A stretch of DNA of 64,000 bases from Verrucomicrobiales bacterium (GTDB taxonomy: Bacteria > Verrucomicrobiota > Verrucomicrobiia > Verrucomicrobiales > Akkermansiaceae), in NCBI GenBank assembly GCA_038237425.1, contig JBBRYQ010000024.1:1005-65004 (forward strand), in the 5' to 3' direction. Below the pieces are notes generated by a model, which had not been told where the DNA came from, made no database searches, and worked only from the letters and a program-made list of their open reading frames with translations. The position numbers and the translations under genes were made by a program. Below are positions 26,952 through 35,130 of this stretch, one piece after another (within the stretch, counting starts at the first letter, position 1; every line of letters begins with the position of its first letter).

Positions 26952-28172
26952 TCAGAGCAAGTCACAAGATGCGCCTGTTTCCTGGGGAGTGCGATACACG
27001 CCGCCTTCGACACGGCAAGGATGGACGAAGTGCTCGCGGAGGTGTGGGATGTGTTCGAGGAAGATGGCGGGCAGGTCGAGGCCGATGTGGTTGAAGAGCA
27101 CGAGATGCTGGTGGAGCTGGCCCATGTCGCCGACGTGCGGGACGACGGGGACGCCGAACTTTTTGCACATGATGCTGACTGCTAGAAACTCACTCACACC
27201 CGCGACGCGGACGGCATCGACCTGGATGAAGCCGGCGCATTCGACCTGGAGGTAGTTTTTGAAAATGATTCTGTTTGGAACGTGTTCGCCGAGTGCGAGC
27301 TTCACCGGCGCGATGGCATCCGCGAGGGTCTTGTGGCCGATGATGTCGTCCGGGTGGGTGGGCTCTTCGATCCAGAACGGGTTGACTTCCTTGAGTCGGG
27401 CGCAGATGTCGAGGGCTTGGGGAAGCGTCCATTGCTGGTTGGCATCCACCATGATGCGGGCATCCGGTCCGGCGACATCGCGGACGATACGGGCGCGGCG
27501 GAGGTCGCGTTCCGGGTCTTTCGAGCCGACCTTGAGTTTCATGGCGGTGAAGCCGGCGTCCATGGCGCGCTTGCAGTTTTCACGGACTTGTTCGTCGCTG
27601 TAGTTGAACCAACCGACGGAGGTGTCGTAACCGGGGTAGCCGGTTGTTAGGATCCCTTCACGGGAGGCGCGGGTGGCCGTGGGATTTGTTAGCAGCTCGA
27701 CGGCTTGCTCGTGGGTGAGCACGTCTTCGAGGTAGGAAAGATCGAGAGTGGCAGCGACTTGGGCGGGTGTGAGATCTAACAAGAGTTTCCACAATGGCAG
27801 GCCGCGGGTTTTCGCCCAGAGGTCCCAGCAGGCGTTGGTGACGGAAGCGAGTGCGAGCTGGACGACGCCCTTGTGCGGGCCGAGCCAGCGGAATTGTTGT
27901 TCATCGGCCATTTCCTTTTGGAGCGCGCCGAAGTCCGCCATGATTCCCTCGATGCAACGGCCTTGCAGACGTGCTGCATAAAATTCCGCAGCCTTGCAGA
28001 CGAGGTCGTTGCCCTCGCCAAGGGTGAATGCGAGGCCGGAGCCGGTGCGGCCTTTGTCGTCGGTGAGGAGAGTGACGGCGTAGGAATAAATCGGGTCCTT
28101 GTGGATGGCATCGGAGCCGTGGCCGGAGCCGATGGGGTAGCGGACGTCGCGTGTGGAGATGTGGGTGATCAT
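26952..28172 (-). CDS. fucD: L-fuconate dehydratase (enolase superfamily, mandelate-racemase subgroup)
   Basis: Start ATG 28172 (MITHISTRDVRYP...GSDAIHKDPIYSYAV), ATGA-coupled to the upstream GH29. Motifs GPHKGVVQLA, YDTSVGW, KLKVG, MVDANQ, WIEEP, GEH and PHVG are characteristic of FucD/ENOSF1-like enzymes. Confidence 0.82.
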   Translation of the reverse strand: MITHISTRDVRYPIGSGHGSDAIHKDPIYSYAVTLLTDDKGRTGSGLAFTLGEGNDLVCKAAEFYAARLQGRCIEGIMADFGALQKEMADEQQFRWLGPHKGVVQLALASVTNACWDLWAKTRGLPLWKLLLDLTPAQVAATLDLSYLEDVLTHEQAVELLTNPTATRASREGILTTGYPGYDTSVGWFNYSDEQVRENCKRAMDAGFTAMKLKVGSKDPERDLRRARIVRDVAGPDARIMVDANQQWTLPQALDICARLKEVNPFWIEEPTHPDDIIGHKTLADAIAPVKLALGEHVPNRIIFKNYLQVECAGFIQVDAVRVAGVSEFLAVSIMCKKFGVPVVPHVGDMGQLHQHLVLFNHIGLDLPAIFLEHIPHLREHFVHPCRVEGGVYRTPQETGASCDLL

Positions 28173-29827
28173 GGTTTCTTGAGAGAAATTTCGGAAATTG
28201 TCGGGCCGTCGCTGGCGTCGAGAATATTCAGGCGGATGGCGCTGGTGGTGACGGGATCGAAGGAAGCCTTGAAATGCGCGCCGAGGGCATCGCCACTGTG
28301 GAAGGTGGTCCAGGTGGAACCGTCCTGTTTTTGGAGTTCGAATTTTTTCACGCGGCTGGAGTGGCCGGAATAGGCTTCCTCGATGTGGATGCCGTTGATG
28401 GTGGTCGGCTGGGCGAGGTCGATTTGCAGCCAGGATTGTTGGGTGCCTTCCGGAGTGGCCCAACGGGTTTCCACGTCACCATCGAGGACCATATCCGCGC
28501 TGTATTGTGGGTCGTTCTGATAGATTACGGAGGCGGATGCCTTCGCACCGGGGATGCTCGAGCGGGTGGCTGACTTGAGCGGCGCGATGGCCATGGCGTC
28601 TCCAGCGATGGTGAGCTCGACGATGGTGTCGATCGGATCCCACGAGTTGGCGGGGATTTCAAATGAGAGGGAGCCATCGGTAGTGGTGGTTTCGATAGAC
28701 GGACCGTTGAGCAGTTTCGCGGACTTGATGGCGACGGGCAGGGCGGGGACGCTGATAGAGCCATCCATTTTGCTCAGGAGATGAAGATAGATCTTGTCGC
28801 CCATGCGGGTGCTGACCATGGCGGTGGAGGGTTTCCACGGACCACCGCGGGTGCCATACACGGCTTCGCCGTTTTTCGCGAGCCACGCTCCCATTTCCTT
28901 GAGTCGTTCGATCTGGCGTCCTTCGATCTCGCCGGTGGGCTCGGGGCCGACATTGAAGAGTAGGTTGCCATCGCCGCCGTTGGTGCGGATCAGGGTTTGG
29001 ATGCATTCTTCGAGCGACTTCATGGTGTCGTTCGGTTTCCATGCCCATTGATTGCAGATGGTCATGCAGGTTTCCCACGGGCGGTCGATCTGGAAGCCGC
29101 CGATGCGTTGTTCCGGCGTGTCGTAGTCGCCCTTGTGACCAGTGCGGTTGTTGATGACGATGTCCGGCTGGATCGCGCGGGCCATGTTGATCACGCCGGC
29201 ACCGCGCGTGGCGTCGAATTTCTGCGGCACATCGAACCAGAGGCTGAATAGCGGACCGTAGTTGGTTAGAAGCTCGGAAACCTGGGCCTTGAGGTATTTC
29301 GTGTAGGCATCGAGGTCGGATTTTTCACGGACGGTTTTGCCGCCCGGGCTGGTGAGCGGAAAATCCGGGTGGTGCCAATCGCAGGTGGAATAATAGGTGC
29401 CGAAGGCGATGCCGCCTTTTTTACAGGCTGCGGCGAGTTCCTTGACCACGTCCCGCTTGAAGGGCGTGTTCATGATGTTGTAGTCGGTCTGCTTGGTGTC
29501 CCAGAGGCAAAAGCCGTCGTGATGCTTGGTGGTGAGAACGATGTATTTCATGCCAGCCGCCTTGGCGACGGCGACCCATTCGTCGGCGTTGAACTTGCTG
29601 GGATTGAATTGTTTATAAAGGTTGTCGTATTCCTCGATGGGGACTTGGTTGCCGCGGGACCAGCCGATTTCCGTGCCCTTCAAACTAACAGGACCCCAGT
29701 GGATGAACATGCCGAAGCGGGCGTCCTGCCAGTTCTTGACTGCGGCGGGTGCGGCGGGAATGACGTCCTGTGCAAATAGCGGGGTACTGCACAAAAGGGA
29801 CGCGAGAACGAAGTGGGATAGTTTCAT
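28169..29827 (-). CDS. Secreted alpha-L-fucosidase (GH29) with C-terminal F5/8-type C domain
   Basis: ATG 29827 (MKLSHFVLASLLCSTPLFA); motifs FGMFIHWG, TTKHHDGF, LWFDVP, WETCMT, GNLLFNVGP. Confidence 0.92.
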   Translation of the reverse strand: MKLSHFVLASLLCSTPLFAQDVIPAAPAAVKNWQDARFGMFIHWGPVSLKGTEIGWSRGNQVPIEEYDNLYKQFNPSKFNADEWVAVAKAAGMKYIVLTTKHHDGFCLWDTKQTDYNIMNTPFKRDVVKELAAACKKGGIAFGTYYSTCDWHHPDFPLTSPGGKTVREKSDLDAYTKYLKAQVSELLTNYGPLFSLWFDVPQKFDATRGAGVINMARAIQPDIVINNRTGHKGDYDTPEQRIGGFQIDRPWETCMTICNQWAWKPNDTMKSLEECIQTLIRTNGGDGNLLFNVGPEPTGEIEGRQIERLKEMGAWLAKNGEAVYGTRGGPWKPSTAMVSTRMGDKIYLHLLSKMDGSISVPALPVAIKSAKLLNGPSIETTTTDGSLSFEIPANSWDPIDTIVELTIAGDAMAIAPLKSATRSSIPGAKASASVIYQNDPQYSADMVLDGDVETRWATPEGTQQSWLQIDLAQPTTINGIHIEEAYSGHSSRVKKFELQKQDGSTWTTFHSGDALGAHFKASFDPVTTSAIRLNILDASDGPTISEISLKKP

Positions 29828-29846
29828 ATAGGATTCAGTTAGACGT

Positions 29847-30608
29847 TTAGCGGCGGTAGCCGATTTCCGCGCCACCGGAGACGTGCATGATGTGGCCGGT
29901 GACGAAGCGGGCCTTGGATGAGATGAGGAAAACGCAGGCATCGGCGATGACATCGCCCTCCGGGCAATAGCCGAGCGGGTGGATGTCATCGAGATATTGT
30001 GAGATGCCGACGGGGTCCGGTTGCTCGGACGCCCAGGTGCGGAGCATGGGGGTCCAGGTGCCGGCGGGGCAGACGGCGTTCACGCGGATGCCGTCCTTGG
30101 CGTAGTCGAGCGCCATCGATTTGGTGAGGGTGTTCATGCCGCCCTTGGTGGCGGTGTAAGCGGCGTGGATTTCCTGACCGATGACACCGACGAGCGAGGA
30201 GGTGTTGAGGATGCAGCCTTTGGTTTCACGGAGTGCTTGAATGCCGTGGCGGGTGGTGTGGAGCACGCTTTTTAGATTGATATGAAAAAGGGAGTCCCAT
30301 TCATCATCGCTGGTTTCGTGGAGCGGTTTGCTGGGGGTGGCGATGCCGGCGTTGTTGTGGATGGCGGTGATTTTTCCGTAGCGGGCGAGCACCCGGTCGA
30401 TGGCGGATTTGACATCGGCGTCTTTGGAAACATCACAGGCAAAACCGATATGATCGGGGCCGAGGTCGGCGGCGGCTTGGGCGGAGAGATCGCCATTGCG
30501 GGCGACCAGCGCGACCGTGGCTCCCTCAGCAACATAGGCCTTGGCGCAATCGAGGCCGATGCCGGTGGAGCCGCCGGTGAGGAAGATAACTTGGTCTTGG
30601 AGGAGCAT
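29847..30608 (-). CDS. SDR-family oxidoreductase, candidate L-fucose dehydrogenase
   Basis: Motifs TGGSTGIG, NNAGI, YTATKGG (YxxxK) and RVNAVCP. Function is inferred from its position between the mutarotase and the fuconate dehydratase. Confidence 0.8.
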   Translation of the reverse strand: MLLQDQVIFLTGGSTGIGLDCAKAYVAEGATVALVARNGDLSAQAAADLGPDHIGFACDVSKDADVKSAIDRVLARYGKITAIHNNAGIATPSKPLHETSDDEWDSLFHINLKSVLHTTRHGIQALRETKGCILNTSSLVGVIGQEIHAAYTATKGGMNTLTKSMALDYAKDGIRVNAVCPAGTWTPMLRTWASEQPDPVGISQYLDDIHPLGYCPEGDVIADACVFLISSKARFVTGHIMHVSGGAEIGYRR

Positions 30609-30614
30609 GGGAGA

Positions 30615-30721
30615 GGATGGAGGATGAAGGATCGGAGATTGTGGATTGGGGATAGAAGATAGAATATGGAAGATAGTGGATCCAGGCGCTCTTTATCTAC
30701 AATCCACGATCTACGATCCAA
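30615..30721. repeat. Heptanucleotide tandem repeat with an inverted second arm (imperfect long hairpin)
   Basis: Ten heptamers, mostly RGATNNN (GGATGGA GGATGAA GGATCGG AGATTGT GGATTGG GGATAGA AGATAGA ATATGGA AGATAGT GGATCCA), then four in the opposite orientation (TATCTAC AATCCAC GATCTAC GATCCAA). Confidence 0.75.
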
Positions 30722-30723
30722 CT

Positions 30724-31125
30724 TCATTCAAGATGATAGAGCTCCTTGGTATCGGACCAGACCTTTCCAGCCTTGAGGGCGTCGGGAAGTGGGGACTGGC
30801 AGGGGTCGGTTTCCTTCCACCAACGCTTGGTTTCCGGGTCTTCGCCCATTTTTTTCATGTCGGCGGCGAAGTCCTTGCCGGTGTATTCGAGGTAGGCGAA
30901 GAGATAGGTTTTTCCGGCGATTTCGCGCTCGTAGATCGAGAAATTGCGGATGTTGCAGGCTTTTAAATTGGCGTTAACGGATGGCCAGGGATTAGCGTGG
31001 AGCTTGCGGTAATATTCGGCTTTCTGTGGCTTGAGGCCGGTGACCCAGGCGTGGCGCTGGACTTGGGTGGGCGCACAGCTTGCGGCGAGGGCTGCTAGAA
31101 CGAGGCAGAGGATGAAATTTTTCAT
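30724..31125 (-). CDS. RhaM-family (L-rhamnose/L-fucose) mutarotase with a predicted lipoprotein signal peptide
   Basis: LKPQKAEYYRKLHANPWPSV...NIRNFSIY...LFAYLEY...RWW is the RhaM signature. The N-terminus is MKNFILCLVLAALAASC. Confidence 0.85.
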   Translation of the reverse strand: MKNFILCLVLAALAASCAPTQVQRHAWVTGLKPQKAEYYRKLHANPWPSVNANLKACNIRNFSIYEREIAGKTYLFAYLEYTGKDFAADMKKMGEDPETKRWWKETDPCQSPLPDALKAGKVWSDTKELYHLE

Positions 31126-31143
31126 GAGCAGGTTTTTTCGGAA

Positions 31144-33075
31144 TCAATGGAATACGATGTAGAGCACAGTCATTGAGCCGATGACGATGCCGGCGAGCAC
31201 CTTGTAGTTGAGGATGCCTGACCAACCGGGGGCTTTCAGGGCGTCGAGCGGATGAGGCCAGTAGAGCGCCTGCACGTCTTCACCGGCGAGTTTCGGTTGG
31301 AGCTTGGTGAAGGTGATCTGGAGCACGAGGCAGGCGACGAACATATAGAATGCCATCATCATGAACGGGGTAGTTACGAAGAACGCGGGCACCCAGGCGA
31401 AGGTGGTGGGGAAGCCTTCGTTGAGGGCTTTGAGCGCGTAAATGCTCACCCCGAGCACGGAGCCGAGCCACATGGTCCACTTCGCACCGCGGGCCGAGGC
31501 GGCAGGCCAAAATACGCCTAGCAGGAAGACGCAGGTGATGGGCGGTGCCATGTGAGCGATGATCTCGTTGAGCGCGTTGAAGATGCTGGCCTTGCGGTCT
31601 AGCAGCGGGACGAGCGCGATGCCGAAGGCGATAGATGACAGCGTGGCGACGCGGCCGATGAAGACGAGCTGCTTGTCACTGGTGGCGGGGCGGAAACGTT
31701 TGACGATGTCATAACTGACCATGGTGGCAATCGAGTTCGAGGCGCTGGATAGATTTCCCATCAGCGCGGCCATCAGCGCGGCGGCGAGAAGACCGAGCAC
31801 ACCGACGGGCAGCAGCTTTTTGATCATGACGGCATACACTTCCTTCGATTTGTAGGGGCGGATTCCTGCGGAAGCGGGGATGGTTTCTCCGGCGTCGGTC
31901 GTCACGATTTTCACCGGTACGTCGGGGCCGATGATGAGGGAAGAGTCCTTGCTAGTGGGCTTGATGGCGAGCTGGGAGAGATCGATGGTTTCGCCTTCCT
32001 TGAGGCGGATCGGTTCGATTTTCGTGCCACCAACGTCACCGGTGACGGCGATGATTTTCTCCTTGCCACCATCTGGCAAGGTGACGGTCTGTATTAAGCG
32101 AAGTTGGGTGACTCCTTCGAGGTTTCCTTGCTTGACGGCGGTGTAAAGCATCAGGCCGGGGACGATGAAGATGAAGACGGGGAGGATCTTGATGAGACCA
32201 CAGAAGATCGAGCCGACGCGGGCGTCGTTCTCGGTCTTCGCGCCGAGCACGCGCTGGACGATGGTTTGGTCCGCGCACCAATACCAGATGCCGAGCACGG
32301 GGTAGCCTAGCAGAATGGAATACCAGGGCATGCCGCTGTCGTCGCCGTGAGGGCGGAGCATCCTCATGAGCTTGCCATCGGTGATGCCTTGGGCGGCGGC
32401 GTTGGCGGTGTCGAGCGTGGCGGTCATGCCCTCCCAGCCGCCTGTTTTATGCCAGGCGAACCAGGTGATAACGAAGGCACCTAGCAGAAGCACGATGGTC
32501 TGGATCGTCTCGGTGATGGCCACAGCAGCGAGTCCGCCGACCACGGTGTAGATGCCGGTGAGGGCGCACATGAGAAAGATACAGGTCCATTTCTCGATGC
32601 CGAAAATGTCGTGTAGGATGAGCCAGCCGGTGGCGAGCGGGAAGGCGATGTGGAAGATGATCGCGGCGACGATGGAAACGACGGCGAGCAGATCGCGGCA
32701 TTCGCGGCAGTAACGTTTTTCTAGGAAATCCGGCAGGGTGGCGACCTTGGATTTCAGATAGAATGGCGCGAAGAAGAAGCCGAGCAGGATCAGGGTGAAG
32801 GCGGCCATCCACTCGAAGTTACCGTTGAGCAGGCCGGTATCGTAGCCGGACTGGGCGAGGGAGACGAGGTGGACGCAGGAGATGTTGGTGGCGAAGAGCG
32901 CGAGGCCGATGACCGGCCATTTCAGGGTGTGCGCGGCCATGAAGTAATCGCCAGCGACGGACTCACCCTGTTGCTGGCCTTTTTTCTTGGCGTTCATGCC
33001 GGCCCAACAACCGAGACCTACGACTCCGGCGAGGTAAATGATGACGATGGTCCAATCGAGGATACTAATTTGCAT
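31144..33075 (-). CDS. Sodium:solute symporter (SSS family), candidate L-fucose importer
   Basis: Start ATG 33075 (MQISILDWTIVIIYL); motifs GDYFMAAH, LFATNIS, WYWCADQTIVQRVLGA, AALMAALM; multiple TM helices. Confidence 0.9.
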   Translation of the reverse strand: MQISILDWTIVIIYLAGVVGLGCWAGMNAKKKGQQQGESVAGDYFMAAHTLKWPVIGLALFATNISCVHLVSLAQSGYDTGLLNGNFEWMAAFTLILLGFFFAPFYLKSKVATLPDFLEKRYCRECRDLLAVVSIVAAIIFHIAFPLATGWLILHDIFGIEKWTCIFLMCALTGIYTVVGGLAAVAITETIQTIVLLLGAFVITWFAWHKTGGWEGMTATLDTANAAAQGITDGKLMRMLRPHGDDSGMPWYSILLGYPVLGIWYWCADQTIVQRVLGAKTENDARVGSIFCGLIKILPVFIFIVPGLMLYTAVKQGNLEGVTQLRLIQTVTLPDGGKEKIIAVTGDVGGTKIEPIRLKEGETIDLSQLAIKPTSKDSSLIIGPDVPVKIVTTDAGETIPASAGIRPYKSKEVYAVMIKKLLPVGVLGLLAAALMAALMGNLSSASNSIATMVSYDIVKRFRPATSDKQLVFIGRVATLSSIAFGIALVPLLDRKASIFNALNEIIAHMAPPITCVFLLGVFWPAASARGAKWTMWLGSVLGVSIYALKALNEGFPTTFAWVPAFFVTTPFMMMAFYMFVACLVLQITFTKLQPKLAGEDVQALYWPHPLDALKAPGWSGILNYKVLAGIVIGSMTVLYIVFH

Positions 33076-33149
33076 GGGTTGTGTTGTGATCGGTTCGTTT
33101 GAGGAGAACCTTACGCCGACGATGGGGAAATGTTGCGACCCGGTCTTGC

Positions 33150-33172
33150 AATATCCTTCGGCGAAGGATATT
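33150..33172. promoter_or_regulatory. Perfect 11-bp inverted repeat in the divergent SSS/AraC intergenic region; candidate operator or hairpin
   Basis: AATATCCTTCG-G-CGAAGGATATT, ending 9 nt before the AraC ATG. Confidence 0.5.
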
Positions 33173-33181
33173 ACACATTCC

Positions 33182-34219
33182 ATGAAGACCGCATTGCCAT
33201 CTCCGATCTATCAGAGTGGTGTGGATCTCTTTGAAATTGACGATTGTGGGCCTCAATTCAAGGCGGTCCGTGACGGAAAGATCGAATTGCACGCGCTTTC
33301 GAAAGGGCACTATCCGGGAAAACGAATGAATTCAAACATTCTTCCGGGTTTGACGAACATCGGATTCTGGAATTGCCGCGGCTCCCAGGATTGGGGCTTG
33401 GACGCCCACCGGAACGAGGGATTGGAGATCGTTTATCTCGAAACCGGCGGAATGGGCTTCGAGGTGGACGGACGGGCTCATGCATTGCAGGCGGGGAATC
33501 TAACGGTCACCCGGCCATGGCAGCTTCACAAGCTGGGAGATCCTCATATCGGTCGCGGACGGTTGTCGTGGTTGATCTTGGATGTCGGGGTGAGGCGGCC
33601 GAATCAGGAGTGGACCTGGCCTTCTTGGGTGGTTTTGTCGCCCAAGGATTTGGCGGAGTTGACGCGGAAACTGCGGCATGGAGAGCAATCCGTGTGGCTG
33701 GCGAATCCGCGGATGCGGGAGGTGTTCCGGGATCTCGGCGATTGCGTGGTGCGCTGGAACGAACCCCGCGTGGGCTCGCGGCTGGCAGTTGCGGTGAATC
33801 GACTGTTAGTGGAGCTGCTCGACGTGCTCGCCGAGCAGCAGCTCGTGGAGTCCCCGTCATTGGTGACGCGTCGGCGCACGGTGGAGCTTTTTCTCAACGA
33901 TCTGGTAGAGAACCCGGCGAGCTGCGCGGAGCCATGGACACTCGAAGGAATGGCGGCGCAGTGTGGCATGGGGATCACGGCGATGGCGAAGTATTGCAGG
34001 GAGTTGGTAAATATCGGTCCCGTGGCCTTCCTGAACCAGTGCCGGCTGGACCATGCGGCGAGGGGGCTGAGGGAAAAGCCGCGCGTCACCATCACTGAAA
34101 TCGCCATGAGTGTGGGATTCAATTCCAGCCAATACTTTGCAACGTTGTTTCGGAAACGCCACAAGCTGACTCCGATGCACTATCGAGCCCGGTCTCAGGA
34201 GCTCACTTCTGCGCGTTAG
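33182..34219 (+). CDS. AraC-family transcriptional regulator, divergent from the fucose block
   Basis: ATG 33182; cupin-like AHRNEGLEIVYL; double HTH with ITEIAMSVGFNSSQYFATLFRK. Confidence 0.92.
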   Translation: MKTALPSPIYQSGVDLFEIDDCGPQFKAVRDGKIELHALSKGHYPGKRMNSNILPGLTNIGFWNCRGSQDWGLDAHRNEGLEIVYLETGGMGFEVDGRAHALQAGNLTVTRPWQLHKLGDPHIGRGRLSWLILDVGVRRPNQEWTWPSWVVLSPKDLAELTRKLRHGEQSVWLANPRMREVFRDLGDCVVRWNEPRVGSRLAVAVNRLLVELLDVLAEQQLVESPSLVTRRRTVELFLNDLVENPASCAEPWTLEGMAAQCGMGITAMAKYCRELVNIGPVAFLNQCRLDHAARGLREKPRVTITEIAMSVGFNSSQYFATLFRKRHKLTPMHYRARSQELTSAR

Positions 34220-34235
34220 CAAACCGAGTGTGTAT

Positions 34236-35024
34236 TTATTTCCGCTGATAGATCCGGACGTGATCGACTTCCATAAAGGTGCCGTCGATGGCATCGGTGA
34301 TTTTTCCGCCCCAACTGATGATGGCAAGGCTTAGCCAAACGGGAGACGGGCTGTGGCAGAAGGTGTTTTTCTCACGGCGGATTTCCTTTCCGTTGAAATA
34401 GAAAACGAGTTCTTTCTCCGTCCATTCGAGGCCATAGGTTTGGAAATCGCGGGCGAAGTCCGAGCGGGGATAGGTGAATTTTTTGGACGAGGTGGGATGC
34501 GTCTTTTTCCCACTCACGATTGTCGTGTCCGTGTGGTTGTGGATGTTGGTATTGATCTCGTTTGGGAAATGCCCTTCGTTGATGTCGATCTCGAAGGTTT
34601 TCTTTCCGGCGGGCGGTTTGTCGGTGGTCATCAGCCAAAAGGAATTGTTCGTTCCAGTAGCGGCGGCGTAGCGATAGCGGCACTCGAAGTAGCCGTATTG
34701 GAATTTTTCCTTGGTCCAGATACTTCCGGAGGTCCAGTCGTTGCCGCCGCGCTTTTACTTCTTGTTGAGGAGCTTGAGCGTGCCGTTAGAGACGGCCGCG
34801 TTTTCGCGCCAGCGGCTGCTGAGAATGTGCGTGCTGCCGGAGTTCTGAGAAATCCAATGCGCATCGAGTTTTTGATCCGGGTAGTCGAATTCGTCGCTCC
34901 AGGTGAGGTTCCATTTTGATGGACCTCCGGGCAGCAAAGAGGGAGCTTCAGGCCCGGCGGCGGATAGAATGGTGCTGGCGAGCAATGCAGGGAGGATCGC
35001 TAGAGTGTGGATGCCGAATGTCAT
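34236..35024 (-). pseudogene. Secreted GH16 gene interrupted by one in-frame TAA at 34755-34757
   Basis: The two ORF-track pieces share a frame: ...LKLLNKK*KRGGNDWTSGSIWTKEKFQYGYFECRYRY...SFWLM...EIDINEGH. The 41 codons between them encode the conserved GH16 YGYFE segment. Confidence 0.85.
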
Positions 35025-35130
35025 GAGGCATGTTTACTGAAAAACGATGGGGGTTCCTCTGTGAAATCGCGCATCTCTCGTGTGTAATTGCGCAAAAGGT
35101 GTGGCGCGATGCTTTTTCACGGAGTCATTT

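Noticed and set aside
30615-30721. CRISPR array or mini-array
   Set aside because: The units are 7 nt with no unique spacers, and no cas genes are in the window.
35060-35120. Imperfect inverted repeat GTGAAA-TCGCGC...GCGCGA-TGC-TTTTCAC between 35131 and the GH16 pseudogene
   Set aside because: It has a long irregular loop, no U-tract and a single copy, so evidence is insufficient to call a terminator or regulatory RNA.
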